NCBI GenBank assembly: GCA_036391995.1
Contig: DASVYU010000034.1
Span: forward strand, 1-60,528
Reading direction: 5' to 3'
Length of the DNA: 60,528 nt
Source of the DNA: Patescibacteria group bacterium
GTDB taxonomy: Bacteria; Patescibacteriota; Minisyncoccia; Moranbacterales; GWC2-37-73
The translations under genes and the position numbers were made by a program. The notes beneath the pieces were generated by a model. It was not told the DNA's origin. It searched no databases and was given only the letters and a program-made list of their open reading frames with translations. Below, in pieces: positions 18,765 through 28,143 of the stretch. Each line of letters opens with the position of its first letter. The stretch's first letter is position 1.

Positions 18765-19016
18765 GAAATTATTTGCTAGGTCTTATTAAGCTTGCTTTTA
18801 TTATACTCCAAAAGCGGTCTTAAAAATTCCAGATCGTTAAATTTTATTTTCGAGTATTGACTTTCGTCATTTTTTCGTGTATACTGATATGGTGTGCTAA
18901 AAACAATATAAGTTTGCTTGGCCTGCAAAAATCGGAGCAGGCAGGAAATATTTTATTTTTCAATAAGGTATTTTTTTGTTGCCAAAAATTAAATTTTTTA
19001 AATAAAAAGAAGCGTT

Positions 19017-19166
19017 ATGTCAAAGTTGGAGATGATCAAAAAGCTGGAATATCTGGTCGCATTCCAGTCTAATTGCTTGGAAAAGGGTGACTGGGAAAAT
19101 TTCGATCATCTTGAGAATGCTATCAAGAGTTTAGAATCTCAGATTCTGCGGGCAGCTAGCGAATAA
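19017..19166 (+). CDS. Small hypothetical protein, 49 aa (not in ORF track)
   Basis: MSKLEMIKKLEYLVAFQSNCLEKGDWENFDHLENAIKSLESQILRAASE*; amphipathic helical pattern; fills the gap before msrA. Confidence 0.6.
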   Translation: MSKLEMIKKLEYLVAFQSNCLEKGDWENFDHLENAIKSLESQILRAASE

Positions 19167-19217
19167 TGATGGTCTTTCGATAGTACTAGATTTAGGACAA
19201 ATAAATCCAGTACGCAT

Positions 19218-19769
19218 ATGATAAAGAAGATAAGCAAAACCGAAGAAATCGTTTTAGGAGGAGGGTGCTTTTGGTGTCTGGATGCCGTTTATTCGCGCAT
19301 CAAAGGGGTAGAAGATGTGATTGCGGGTTATGCGGGAGGCTGGCTTATGAGCCCGACTTATGAGCAAGTGTGTTCAAGTGAAACGGGTCATGCTGAGGTT
19401 GTGAAATTGGCTTTCGATCCCGACGCCATTTCTCTCGATGATATTCTGCATATCTTTTTTCTGATCCATGATCCTACGACGGCAGATAGGCAAGGCAATG
19501 ACGTGGGACCGCAATATCGTTCTATTATCCTCTATGCCAATGAAAAGCAAAAGGAAACCGCAGAAAAAGTGATACAGGAGATAACTATGCAGAAAGCATA
19601 TGAAAATCCGATCGTGACAGAGGTTGTGCCATTGGAATCGTTCTTTGGGGCCGAGGAATATCATCAGAAATATTTTGAGAAAAATCCCGAAAAGGCATAT
19701 TGCCAGATCATAATTGCTCCGAAAATAGCCAAAATGAGGGAAAAATACAAAGATTTGTATAAAAATTAA
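19218..19769 (+). CDS. msrA: Peptide-methionine (S)-S-oxide reductase
   Basis: GGGCFWC; GHAEVV; QGNDVGPQYRS; AEEYHQKY. Confidence 0.97.
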   Translation: MIKKISKTEEIVLGGGCFWCLDAVYSRIKGVEDVIAGYAGGWLMSPTYEQVCSSETGHAEVVKLAFDPDAISLDDILHIFFLIHDPTTADRQGNDVGPQYRSIILYANEKQKETAEKVIQEITMQKAYENPIVTEVVPLESFFGAEEYHQKYFEKNPEKAYCQIIIAPKIAKMREKYKDLYKN

Positions 19770-19843
19770 GCACAAAAAGACGCCTTGGCAAAAAAGGTGT
19801 TTTTCGTGTTAGAATTTAAACGATCAATTAATGAAAAAACGCC

Positions 19844-20317
19844 ATGGAAAAACTCATTATTTTTGGAGCCAAATATCTCATCTATGTCTTGATCATCATT
19901 GCCATTATCTTTTTCTTAAGACAGCAAAGAAAAAGACGGAAGGAGATCCTGATTTTTGCCATCATAACCTTGCCGCTTGCATATGTTGTTGCCAAGCTTG
20001 CTTCATTTTTTTATTTCAACCCTCGTCCATTTGTGGCAGAGCACTTTGTGCCGCTCATTGCGCATGATGCGGACAATGGTTTTCCTTCCGATCACACACT
20101 CTTGAGTAGTGCAATTGCAGCTTCGGTGTATGTTTTCAACAAGAAATGGGGAGTCGCATTATTCATTTTGGCTGTTTTGATTGGAGCTGCACGGGTCTTG
20201 GCAGGCGTGCATCACGCTGTTGATATCGTAGGTGCTTTGATCATTTCAGCTTTGGCTGCCTGGGCAGTGGCTCGATGGATTTTTCATAAAGTAATTTACA
20301 AAATTGCTTTAAAATGA
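19844..20317 (+). CDS. PAP2-family phosphatase (undecaprenyl-diphosphatase-like)
   Basis: FNPRPF; FPSDHT; ARVLAGVHHAVDI. Confidence 0.9.
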   Translation: MEKLIIFGAKYLIYVLIIIAIIFFLRQQRKRRKEILIFAIITLPLAYVVAKLASFFYFNPRPFVAEHFVPLIAHDADNGFPSDHTLLSSAIAASVYVFNKKWGVALFILAVLIGAARVLAGVHHAVDIVGALIISALAAWAVARWIFHKVIYKIALK

Positions 20318-21453
20318 TTTTTTTCTTCCAGAAAAACATAAAGAAACATCCTTTGTTCTGGATGGTAGGCGCTTGGCTCTTAGTGCTTCTTTTGATCGGT
20401 ATTTTCAGTCAGAATCTTTCTTCTTACTCAGGACTCAGGACTTGCTATAGCCGCTTGTATTCTCCATATTATCGCTGGGATTCTTCATGGTACACCCAGA
20501 TTGCGCAAAAGGGCTATTCTTTTTCAACTGAAAAAAATTCCAGTATCGCCTATTGGCCTTTGTATCCTGCAACGATCAAATTTTTCCACGCCCTTAATTT
20601 TACGAGCTTCGCACAGAGCGGCCCGATCCTGAGCATCGCGTATGCGATCGGAGCTTTTCTGATGCTTTACAAGCTTGTGCTGATCGACTATTCAAAAAAA
20701 ACAAGCTTGTACATCCTGGCTGTTGTCATGCTTTTCCCGCCGGCTTATTTTTTCGTGTCAGGCTATCCAGAATCACTATTCTTGCTATTAGTCGTCCTGA
20801 GTTTTTATTTTGCCCGAAAGCAAAGATGGCTTCTGGCTGGAATTTTTTCTGCACTTCTTTCTCTCGTAAAACCTTACGGAATTTTGATGATGCCTGCTTT
20901 ATTGTTTGAATATGTTATTGCAAATGATTGGGATTGGAAAATATTTTTTAAAAAAATTTCTTGGACTGCGCTGCTTCTGCCGCTTGCAACATTTGGATCA
21001 TTTGTGCTGTATAACTATCTGAAATTCAACAACGCTTTGGCGTTTTTAGCTACGCAAAAATCATGGGGAAGAAGTTTGGGAAATCCGATTTCAAATCTTT
21101 TGGCTGAAGCCAAGGACTATGTAACGCCGCCAGCTAAATTGCTGACTGGCTATGGTTTTCCCTATGTCATATATGTGGCCAGTTTTTTCTTTTTCCTTTG
21201 GGCGATGTATATTTCTTGGAGTCGTGTAAGGAAATCATATCTGCTGTTTACTTTTTTGGTGATGCTGGCGGCTTTTCTTACTGGGACGCTAACGAGTTGG
21301 GATCGTTATATGATGACCTCACTAGCTTCGCTCATCGGGGTAGGAGTCTATTTTTCCGAAAAGAAATATTGGAATTGGGCATATCTCATCGCTTCAGGAA
21401 TTCTTTTTTTGAGCCTAGCCAGTCTCTTTGTCCGCTGTTTTCCAGTGGAATAA
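20314..21453 (+). CDS. GT-C membrane glycosyltransferase (PIG-V/mannosyltransferase-like)
   Basis: RWDSSWYTQIAQKGY; AYWPLYP; YPESLFL; multiple TM segments. Confidence 0.85.
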   Translation: MIFFFQKNIKKHPLFWMVGAWLLVLLLIGIFSQNLSSYSGLRTCYSRLYSPYYRWDSSWYTQIAQKGYSFSTEKNSSIAYWPLYPATIKFFHALNFTSFAQSGPILSIAYAIGAFLMLYKLVLIDYSKKTSLYILAVVMLFPPAYFFVSGYPESLFLLLVVLSFYFARKQRWLLAGIFSALLSLVKPYGILMMPALLFEYVIANDWDWKIFFKKISWTALLLPLATFGSFVLYNYLKFNNALAFLATQKSWGRSLGNPISNLLAEAKDYVTPPAKLLTGYGFPYVIYVASFFFFLWAMYISWSRVRKSYLLFTFLVMLAAFLTGTLTSWDRYMMTSLASLIGVGVYFSEKKYWNWAYLIASGILFLSLASLFVRCFPVE

Positions 21454-21549
21454 ATTTAATTAAAATTGAAAAATGGCTTAACAAAACTCTCTTTTAGAGG
21501 GCTGTTATAATATTCTAGTTAATAATATTCTGGTTTTTAACAACAGCTA

Positions 21550-21581
21550 TCTCAAATATTTGCAATTGCAACAAGTTGAGA
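21550..21581. repeat. 32-bp palindrome copy 1
   Basis: TCTCA-AATAT-TTGCAATTGCAA-CAAGT-TGAGA. Confidence 0.85.
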
Positions 21582-21594
21582 CAGTTGATATAAT
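21566..21594 (+). promoter_or_regulatory. Sigma70 promoter of the PaaX-like gene, with -35 inside the palindrome
   Basis: TTGCAA (21566-71), 17 bp, TATAAT (21589-94). Confidence 0.7.
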
Positions 21595-21628
21595 ATCAAT
21601 AAGTATTATTTCTAAAAAAGAGAAAGTA

Positions 21629-21661
21629 TCTCACAAAGTTGCAATTGCAACAAATATGAGA
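21629..21661. repeat. Palindrome copy 2
   Basis: TCTCA-CAAAG-TTGCAATTGCAA-CAAATA-TGAGA (N5/N6), 11 bp before ATG 21673. Confidence 0.85.
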
Positions 21662-21672
21662 CAAAAATAAAA

Positions 21673-22287
21673 ATGGGCAAAAAAACTGAAAAGAGAAGCA
21701 CTTTTGAGAAGCTGGAAGATTTTTATAACTCAGATAGTGCTTCAGCTACGGCCACGAAATTCATTCTAGGAGCTTTGATTGCTGGACCATTGCTGTTTGT
21801 CGGTGCTGCCTTGCCTGGAATTATTACCATGGCAAATGAATTTGATGGTTCAAGGAAATATTCCAAAAAACAGTTTCAAAACTCTTTTCGAAATTTGAAA
21901 TATAGGAAGCTTATTGAGATCATTCAGGAAAAAGACGGGAAAGTGAGGGTGCAACTGACAAACAAAGGAAAAAAGCGCATCAAGGAATTCCAATTCGAGA
22001 ATCTTTCGATCGCAAAACCCAAGAAATGGGATGGGAAGTGGCGGATCCTGATTTTCGACATTCCGTCGAGACCGAAAATAAACAACCAGGCGCGAGAGGC
22101 TCTCAGGGGAAAAATAAAGGAATTGGAATTCTATCAGATGCAGAAGAGCGTCTGGGTTTACCCCTATGAATGTGAAGACGAAATCCTTCTGATTGCGGAA
22201 GTTTTCGGGGTGCAAAAGCATATAGAAATAATCACGGCGGAAAAATTGCTTCATGAAGGAAAAATAAAACACGCATTCGGCTTATAA
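21673..22287 (+). CDS. PaaX-like protein (wHTH + Cas2-like central domain)
   Basis: wHTH end VQLTNKG; WDGKWRILIFDIP...REALRGKIKELEFYQMQKSVWVYP. Confidence 0.85.
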   Translation: MGKKTEKRSTFEKLEDFYNSDSASATATKFILGALIAGPLLFVGAALPGIITMANEFDGSRKYSKKQFQNSFRNLKYRKLIEIIQEKDGKVRVQLTNKGKKRIKEFQFENLSIAKPKKWDGKWRILIFDIPSRPKINNQAREALRGKIKELEFYQMQKSVWVYPYECEDEILLIAEVFGVQKHIEIITAEKLLHEGKIKHAFGL

Positions 22288-22337
22288 AGTGTTTTTTGAT
22301 ATAAATATGCAATAAGCATGCATTTATGTGCAAATCA

Positions 22338-22369
22338 TCTCAATATTTTGCAATTGCAAATATCTGAGA
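22338..22369. repeat. Palindrome copy 3
   Basis: TCTCA-ATATT-TTGCAATTGCAA-ATATC-TGAGA, 50 bp after the PaaX-like stop. Confidence 0.85.
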
Positions 22370-22451
22370 CGGCTTTGGTTTATAGGATGCTGGGTGTGGA
22401 GCATGTAATACAAATAAAAAAGGCGGTGCCGTGATAGGCTCCGCCTTAAAG

Positions 22452-22676
22452 TCATTCTCGTCCCTTTTCTAGAAAAATTTCACCCCTTACATAAATAAAG
22501 GAATCTAGCTCGGCCGAAAGATTGATTTGGTCTAAAAGTTGGACTAACCAACCAGATTCTTCATAAATGTCTGGGATGGAAAATCCTTTTTCTTTTGCGC
22601 TGGCTAGCGCCCGCTCTACGCAATGGAAAAGAGAAGGTTTCATTCCTACGCATGCGGACACTTCAATGCGTTCCAT
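22452..22676 (-). CDS. Small hypothetical protein (74 aa)
   Basis: SD AAAAGGAG upstream; last gene of a leftward three-gene run. Confidence 0.65.
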   Translation of the reverse strand: MERIEVSACVGMKPSLFHCVERALASAKEKGFSIPDIYEESGWLVQLLDQINLSAELDSFIYVRGEIFLEKGRE

Positions 22677-22739
22677 AATATGTCTCCTTTTCTACTGATC
22701 TTTTCTGATCTAAATATATACGCCAATATACCAAGATCA

Positions 22740-22985
22740 CTAGCCGCAATCAACATCAACACCATTAACTTTCATTTTTCCTTGAAGGACAGTGAAGATT
22801 CTGCCATTCAGAACATAGAACTCAGTCTCTTCAATTAAAATATTGTCCCCAATTTTGAGATGTATGTCGATTTCGGTATTGCAATCGATAAATGCGTCTC
22901 CAAATTCGGTTGTTACGATTGCAGCAGTTTTGTTCTTGATAAAAGCTGCGATTTTTCCTTCCAGCGTTGATACTTTTGGATACAT
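22740..22985 (-). CDS. Small hypothetical beta-rich protein (81 aa)
   Basis: SD AAGGAGG upstream of ATG. Confidence 0.7.
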   Translation of the reverse strand: MYPKVSTLEGKIAAFIKNKTAAIVTTEFGDAFIDCNTEIDIHLKIGDNILIEETEFYVLNGRIFTVLQGKMKVNGVDVDCG

Positions 22986-23109
22986 GACAGCCTCCTTTTT
23001 ATTTGAGGTGATTAAATTGTGTAAGAACTTTTCTCCTATAAACCCGCCGCTGCGGTGGGCTCAATGAGAGAGGGAAGAGAAATTGGTTTTTCTCTTCCAT
23101 GATTGTTAA

Positions 23110-23337
23110 TCACCTCTTGGAGGGGTGAAATCGCAGGGTTCTTTCGTCGGTTGTTGTTTTACCACAGATTTCGACTTCGGAGAGAAAGGTGAGGTCCCAG
23201 TAATTATAAAATTGTTCTGCTCTTATGCATTCTGATTTTCCGAATTGGGCTTTGCGGTGCTGAATATATGCCATTACTTCATCCAATTCCGCTAGCTCTT
23301 TCTGCAGTTTTTCTTTTCTTTCCAGTATGGTTTTCAT
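23110..23337 (-). CDS. Small hypothetical protein (75 aa from MKTILERKEK; ORF can extend to 23409)
   Basis: SD-like AAAGGGAG upstream; N-terminal coiled coil. Confidence 0.65.
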   Translation of the reverse strand: MKTILERKEKLQKELAELDEVMAYIQHRKAQFGKSECIRAEQFYNYWDLTFLSEVEICGKTTTDERTLRFHPSKR

Positions 23338-23420
23338 GGCAATCTCCCTTTCTATGTTTGAGGTGATTAATTTATGAATGTACTTGTTAAGAGTGAATCC
23401 GTTATTCATCTTAACACCGT

Positions 23421-23449
23421 AGTATACTCCAAAATAAGTAAAATGTCAA
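23421..23449 (-). promoter_or_regulatory. Leftward sigma70 promoter
   Basis: Minus strand TTGACA, 17 bp, TATACT. Confidence 0.75.
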
Positions 23450-23519
23450 TAATGATGCCTATTAAAATAGCAATAAAATACCTAAAATAAGCCAAATAAA
23501 AAACATGTAGTCAGTATTA

Positions 23520-23548
23520 TTGACATAAATAATAACATAAGATATAAT
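23520..23548 (+). promoter_or_regulatory. Consensus sigma70 promoter; the TrmB-like gene is probably leaderless
   Basis: TTGACA, 17 bp, TATAAT; ATG at 23555, 6 nt after the -10. Confidence 0.8.
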
Positions 23549-23554
23549 AAGAAT

Positions 23555-24274
23555 ATGGAAATGGAAACCGTCTTACAGCATCTGGGACTCAATGAAAAGC
23601 AAGCCAAAGTATACTTGGCTGTTTTGCAGCTGGGCAAAGGCTCTGTGCCAGCCATTTCCATCAAAGCTGGGACCAAAAGGCCGACGACATACCTGCTTTT
23701 AGAGGAACTGCGCATGAAAGGCTTGGTCAATCTGCTGCCACGCGCCCAGAAAGTGCTCTACACTGCCAACTCTCCTGAGCAGCTCTTGGAAGAGCAACAG
23801 GAAAAGGAGCGCTTGATCAAAGCCAACATGCCTGAGCTCATGGCTATGTTCAACGCTAAGAAGGAAAAGCCGAAAGTGACTTATTACCAAGGGGAAGATA
23901 GCGTGGTGAAGCTTTACGATGAGATATTCAAAGAGAAGGAGATCTTTTTTTACGGCTCTATCGGCTCCATAAGTCCAAAAGTGTATAAGCAAGTAGAGAA
24001 ATACTTGCCGCGCATCGAAAAGGATCAGCTGGATGTGCGGGAAATCCTGCAGGCCGACGAGAAATCCATCCAGTTCGCCAAAGACACGGTTTCAGAAACG
24101 CACAGAATCAAGCTGGTGGGCCAGCAATATAAGCTTCCGACCGACAACATGATCTTCGGCAACAAGGTGGCCATCATAACCTACAAAGACGAGCCCATGG
24201 CTGTGGTCATCGAAAGCTCGGATGTGGTTGAGACATATAGGTCCATGTTTGAGATGGTGTGGAACAGCATTTGA
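23555..24274 (+). CDS. TrmB-family transcriptional regulator
   Basis: LGLNEKQAKVYLAVLQLG...TKRPTTYLLLEELRMKGLV; C-terminal IFGNKVAII...AVVIES...YRSMFEMVW. Confidence 0.88.
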   Translation: MEMETVLQHLGLNEKQAKVYLAVLQLGKGSVPAISIKAGTKRPTTYLLLEELRMKGLVNLLPRAQKVLYTANSPEQLLEEQQEKERLIKANMPELMAMFNAKKEKPKVTYYQGEDSVVKLYDEIFKEKEIFFYGSIGSISPKVYKQVEKYLPRIEKDQLDVREILQADEKSIQFAKDTVSETHRIKLVGQQYKLPTDNMIFGNKVAIITYKDEPMAVVIESSDVVETYRSMFEMVWNSI

Positions 24275-24301
24275 CACCATCCGATACTATTTCCGGTATC
24301 G

Positions 24302-24333
24302 TCTCAATATTTTGCAATTGCAAATATCTAAGA
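24302..24333. repeat. Palindrome copy 4
   Basis: TCTCA-ATATT-TTGCAATTGCAA-ATATC-TAAGA; 36/39 identical to copy 3 including flanks. Confidence 0.85.
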
Positions 24334-24400
24334 TGGTCTCATTTTGCTGAACATAGAATATAAAAAATAGGTGCGGCTGCAAAGCTGCGTTTTTTTGTGC

Positions 24401-24440
24401 TTGACAGGAACTAAGAATAATATATACTTAGAACATCTAA
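24401..24440 (+). promoter_or_regulatory. Promoter of the marR-efflux operon with putative MarR operator
   Basis: TTGACA (24401) ... TATACT (24423); imperfect palindrome TTAG-AACAT-CTAA (24428-40) over the expected TSS. Confidence 0.55.
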
Positions 24441-24458
24441 CAATTTTATATTCTAACA

Positions 24459-24869
24459 ATGAGCAAAGATATAGACAGGATTGTTTCCTTGATCTTCGCT
24501 ACTCGCAGGCTTATCCATGAGCAGACTGCGGGAAAAAGCCAGGGAAATTGCTCCTTCATGCATATGGCGACTTTAGTCTTCATTAAGGCAAAAAAGCCGC
24601 TAATGAAGGATATTGCGGACTTTTTGGGGATTGCTCCGCCCTCAGCTACTTCTTTAGTGAATACTCTGACAAAGACGGGACTGGTTAAGCGTGAACAGGA
24701 TATGCATGACCGTCGGATCGTAAGAATTACAGTTACAAAAAAAGGAGAGCAGCGCTTGGCGGGCGGCAAAAAGCATGTCGAAGAAAAAATGCGTAAGCGT
24801 TTGGAAAAACTTAGTTTGAATGAGCAGAAAGAATTAATCAAGATTTTGGAAAAAATCGTAAATGAATAA
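24459..24869 (+). CDS. MarR-family regulator
   Basis: IADFLGIAPPSATSLVNTLTKTGLVKR...DRRIVRITVTKKG. Confidence 0.93.
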   Translation: MSKDIDRIVSLIFATRRLIHEQTAGKSQGNCSFMHMATLVFIKAKKPLMKDIADFLGIAPPSATSLVNTLTKTGLVKREQDMHDRRIVRITVTKKGEQRLAGGKKHVEEKMRKRLEKLSLNEQKELIKILEKIVNE

Positions 24870-24874
24870 AGATT

Positions 24875-25741
24875 ATGAGTAAGAAAACAAGAAACATCGC
24901 ATTGGGAGCAATTATTGCTGCTGGTGTGGCTTCTAGTGCATACATTTGGGTGAGTTTCGGTTATAAGCCGAAAAGCGAAGATGCTTTGGCCATCTCGGGC
25001 GCAAAGGAGGGCAACATGGTTTTGGACGGTAGCGTGGTTGCGGAAAAAAGCGCAGATTTGGGGTTCGTGCTGCCTGCAAAGATCACTTCTATCGCGAAAA
25101 AAGTGGGAGACAGCGTGAAGGGCGGAGAGGTTCTGGCAACTGAAGACAGCAGTGATATGGCGGCGCAGGAGAATGCAGCCCAGGCCAATGTGCAAAGTGC
25201 CCAAGCTGCTTTGGACGGCCTTAGCAGCAATCTTAAGGTGCAGAAGCTGAAACTCAAGGGTTTGGATGGCAATGATCGCAAGATCCAGAAAGCTCAAATC
25301 GAAAGCGTAGAAGCCAGCATTGATGCGCAAAACAGCGCAGTTGCTGCTGCCAAAGACAGTGCCGCAAGTCTCAAAGCCCAGCTTTCCAAAGCTGTTTTGC
25401 TTGCTCCATTCGATGGCATCGTAACTCGTCAGGATGCTGAAATCGGGGAAGTGGCTGGAGCCAGTGTGCCTTCATTCATGACGATTGAATCGAATGGTCC
25501 GATGGATAAGATTGAAGCTTATGCTAGTGATTTGGATGTGGCCAATATTAAAGTTGGAGATGCTGCTCAAGTAAAATTCGATATAACCGGAACAGAAGAA
25601 TTTTCAGGCAAGATCAGTGAGATCGGCCCGGCTGCAGACAGGGGAGCAAAAAAAGGAACATATAAAGTAACTGTGATATTGGATAAAGCCAATGGTGCGC
25701 TTAGGACCGGTATGCATGCCAGTGTGATTTTTGCTAAATAA
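24875..25741 (+). CDS. Efflux membrane-fusion (HlyD/RND adaptor) protein
   Basis: N-terminal TM; VKKVGD-like lipoyl half; coiled coil; LLAPFDGIV; LRTGMHA. Confidence 0.88.
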   Translation: MSKKTRNIALGAIIAAGVASSAYIWVSFGYKPKSEDALAISGAKEGNMVLDGSVVAEKSADLGFVLPAKITSIAKKVGDSVKGGEVLATEDSSDMAAQENAAQANVQSAQAALDGLSSNLKVQKLKLKGLDGNDRKIQKAQIESVEASIDAQNSAVAAAKDSAASLKAQLSKAVLLAPFDGIVTRQDAEIGEVAGASVPSFMTIESNGPMDKIEAYASDLDVANIKVGDAAQVKFDITGTEEFSGKISEIGPAADRGAKKGTYKVTVILDKANGALRTGMHASVIFAK

Positions 25742-25767
25742 TTTCAATAGGACAACAATCAAAACAT

Positions 25768-26424
25768 ATGGAAACAATCAACGAAGAAAAAAAGCCACAG
25801 TTGCCAGCCAAAAGCAAAAGCACTCGCAGTGCGGCTGTGCTCGGAATAACGCTTTTGCTGATGATTGCTGCAATCGGTGCATTCTATCTGCTCGTAACGC
25901 GCAATCAGATCTATACGGACAAGGCGGACATTGAAGCGCCGGCAATTACGATTTCACCAGCAGAAAGCGGAACTTTGCAAAAGCTTTTGGTTGGTGATGG
26001 CGACAAAGTTGCCGCTGACACTGTCGTAGCGCAAGTCGCCGATCAAGTTTTGCGTTCACAGGACAGTGGAATCGTGATTGATGCTCCCAATAATGTGGGC
26101 AAAACAGTCAGCTCCAATGAACCTGTCGTGACAATGATAAATCCCAAAGATTTGCGCGTTGTTGCGCATGTCGATGAAGACAAGGGATTGAGCGGTATTA
26201 AAGTCGGACAATTAGTTTCTTTTACTGTGGATGCATTCGGATCCAAGAAATATGCCGGCACGGTTGATGAGATAAGTCCGACATCGCGTCAGTCAGGAGT
26301 CGTGTTCAACATTTCTGATCAAAGGGAGGTTAAGCAATTCGATGTGAAGATCAAATTCGATATCAACAAATATCCAGAACTCAAGAATGGCATGTCTGCT
26401 AAGGTGACGATCTACAAAAACTAA
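25768..26424 (+). CDS. EmrA-like HlyD-family secretion protein
   Basis: TM anchor; LLVGDGDKV; VKVGQ-type motif; TVDAFG; LKNGMSAKV. Confidence 0.88.
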   Translation: METINEEKKPQLPAKSKSTRSAAVLGITLLLMIAAIGAFYLLVTRNQIYTDKADIEAPAITISPAESGTLQKLLVGDGDKVAADTVVAQVADQVLRSQDSGIVIDAPNNVGKTVSSNEPVVTMINPKDLRVVAHVDEDKGLSGIKVGQLVSFTVDAFGSKKYAGTVDEISPTSRQSGVVFNISDQREVKQFDVKIKFDINKYPELKNGMSAKVTIYKN

Positions 26425-26435
26425 GATAAGGATTT

Positions 26436-26574
26436 TGAGAGCAGCATATTTTTTGATTTCTTTCTTTAGCCAATCCCTAAAGCCACAAAAATGTACAAGG
26501 CGAGAAACTTTTTGACAAAAGAAAACTTTAACTTGCCACGCGGCTTAAGAAATCAAAAAAATATGCTGCTCTCA
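26436..26574. repeat. About 140-bp intergenic element with 26-bp terminal inverted repeats
   Basis: TGAGAGCAGCATATTTTTTGATTTCT / AGAAATCAAAAAAATATGCTGCTCTCA (one indel). Confidence 0.75.
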
Positions 26575-26599
26575 TTTTAAAAAAAAGAAAGACTCTGCA

Positions 26600-28087
26600 A
26601 TGATAAAAAAACACGTAAACAATGACAATTTGAAGTGGTGGGTGCTTTTCACGGTGATCGTGGGAACTTTTTTGGGACGTCTGGATCAGACGATTGTGAA
26701 TCTGGCGTTGCCCAAAATCATCAGCGATTTCGGCATCACTGTTTCGTCAGCTGGTTGGATCGCGACGGCTTATATTTTGGCCAACGCAGTTTTTGTGCCG
26801 GTTTGGGGAAAATTAGGGGATGTATACGGGCAAAAAAAAGTCTACATCCTAGGTTTCAGCCTTTTCATTTTCGGTTCTATTCTGGCTGGAATTGCTTGGA
26901 ATCTGAGCTCCATGATTGTTTTCCGTGTGATCCAGGCAATCGCTGGCAGCGCTGATTATCCGACAGCCATGGCTATTTTGGCCTACACTTTCAAACCCGG
27001 CAAAGAAAGGGCGCAAGCGCTGGGCATATGGTCATCTTCATTTGCGGCAGCTTCAGTCTTTGGGCCGCTTTTAGGCGGCCCATTGATTGATAATTTCGGC
27101 TGGCGCAGCGTGTTTTTGATCAATTTGCCGATCGGTATTCTTGGAGTGTTGCTGGCAATGACATTTGTGCATGAAGGCGGCAGACATTTCAAGGAACACG
27201 CCTTTGATTGGTGGGGAGCTATCACGCTTGGGATGTCTCTCAGCTCCTTTGTTTTGGTTTTGGACAAGGGTCTGGAATGGGGATGGCTGAGTTCCAATAG
27301 CATGATCGCATATTTTGTCACTTTATTTTTCGGCTATGTTTTCGTGCGTATTGAGCAAGGACATCATGATGCCATTGTGGATCTGAAATTCTTCCGTAAT
27401 AAGATTTTTGTAAATGTGCTGGCCAATAACTTCTTGGTGTTCATGACCATGATGGGCAGCGTGTTTTTGATTCCTATTTTCGCTCAGACATACTTGGGTT
27501 ATGATGCGACGCAAACCGGCATGTTGTTCATTCCAATGGCATTCATGATTGTTTTGGCTGCGCCTTTGGGAGGTCGCCTGACTGGCAAGGTGGAGCCTCG
27601 CTGGGTAATAATGGCTAGCACTTTGGTAGCCGGGATAGGATTGTATCTTTTCTCCTTTTTGGACCCTAAGTCTTCAGCCCTGGCTATTATCATACCGCTT
27701 TCAATTATGGCTTTCGGTATGGGGTTCGGAATGGCCCAACGCACCAATATCATCGCTTCAGCCGTACCACAGAATGAGATCGGTGCAGCTTCATCAGTGC
27801 TTGCGTTGGCACGTAACATTGCGGGAGCTTTCGGTATTGCCGTGTTTGGAACCATTCTGCAGAACGTTACGAACAGCAAAGTTTTGGAAATCGCCAGAAA
27901 CAGCATTATTCACTCCGCAAACCCTGTTGATTTCAAGGTTGGCACTTCGCTCGTCATCTTGAAAGCACAGGTCGCATCCTATGATTATGTGTTTGTGGTA
28001 GCGGGAATAATGGCGATAATCGGGGCTCTGGGTTCTTATTGGATAAAGGTACAGCACGTTTCAACAGAAAAAGTCCATGTTGAATAG
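26600..28087 (+). CDS. DHA2 (EmrB/QacA) MFS efflux transporter
   Basis: 14-TM pattern; LDQTIVNLALP; GKLGDVYGQKK; GPLLGG...WRSVFLINLPIG. Confidence 0.93.
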   Translation: MIKKHVNNDNLKWWVLFTVIVGTFLGRLDQTIVNLALPKIISDFGITVSSAGWIATAYILANAVFVPVWGKLGDVYGQKKVYILGFSLFIFGSILAGIAWNLSSMIVFRVIQAIAGSADYPTAMAILAYTFKPGKERAQALGIWSSSFAAASVFGPLLGGPLIDNFGWRSVFLINLPIGILGVLLAMTFVHEGGRHFKEHAFDWWGAITLGMSLSSFVLVLDKGLEWGWLSSNSMIAYFVTLFFGYVFVRIEQGHHDAIVDLKFFRNKIFVNVLANNFLVFMTMMGSVFLIPIFAQTYLGYDATQTGMLFIPMAFMIVLAAPLGGRLTGKVEPRWVIMASTLVAGIGLYLFSFLDPKSSALAIIIPLSIMAFGMGFGMAQRTNIIASAVPQNEIGAASSVLALARNIAGAFGIAVFGTILQNVTNSKVLEIARNSIIHSANPVDFKVGTSLVILKAQVASYDYVFVVAGIMAIIGALGSYWIKVQHVSTEKVHVE

Positions 28088-28113
28088 CGTATTAACGCCT
28101 ATGGAAATAACAG

Positions 28114-28143
28114 AAAATACTCGCCTCAAGGGGCGAGTATTTT
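28114..28143. terminator. Bidirectional terminator
   Basis: 12-bp stem AAAATACTCGCC / GGCGAGTATTTT. Confidence 0.8.

Noticed and set aside
21673-22287. Calling this gene cas2 / a CRISPR locus
   Set aside because: It has an N-terminal wHTH and the PaaX-type WDGKWR motif, and there is no cas1 or array. The palindromes are irregularly spaced.
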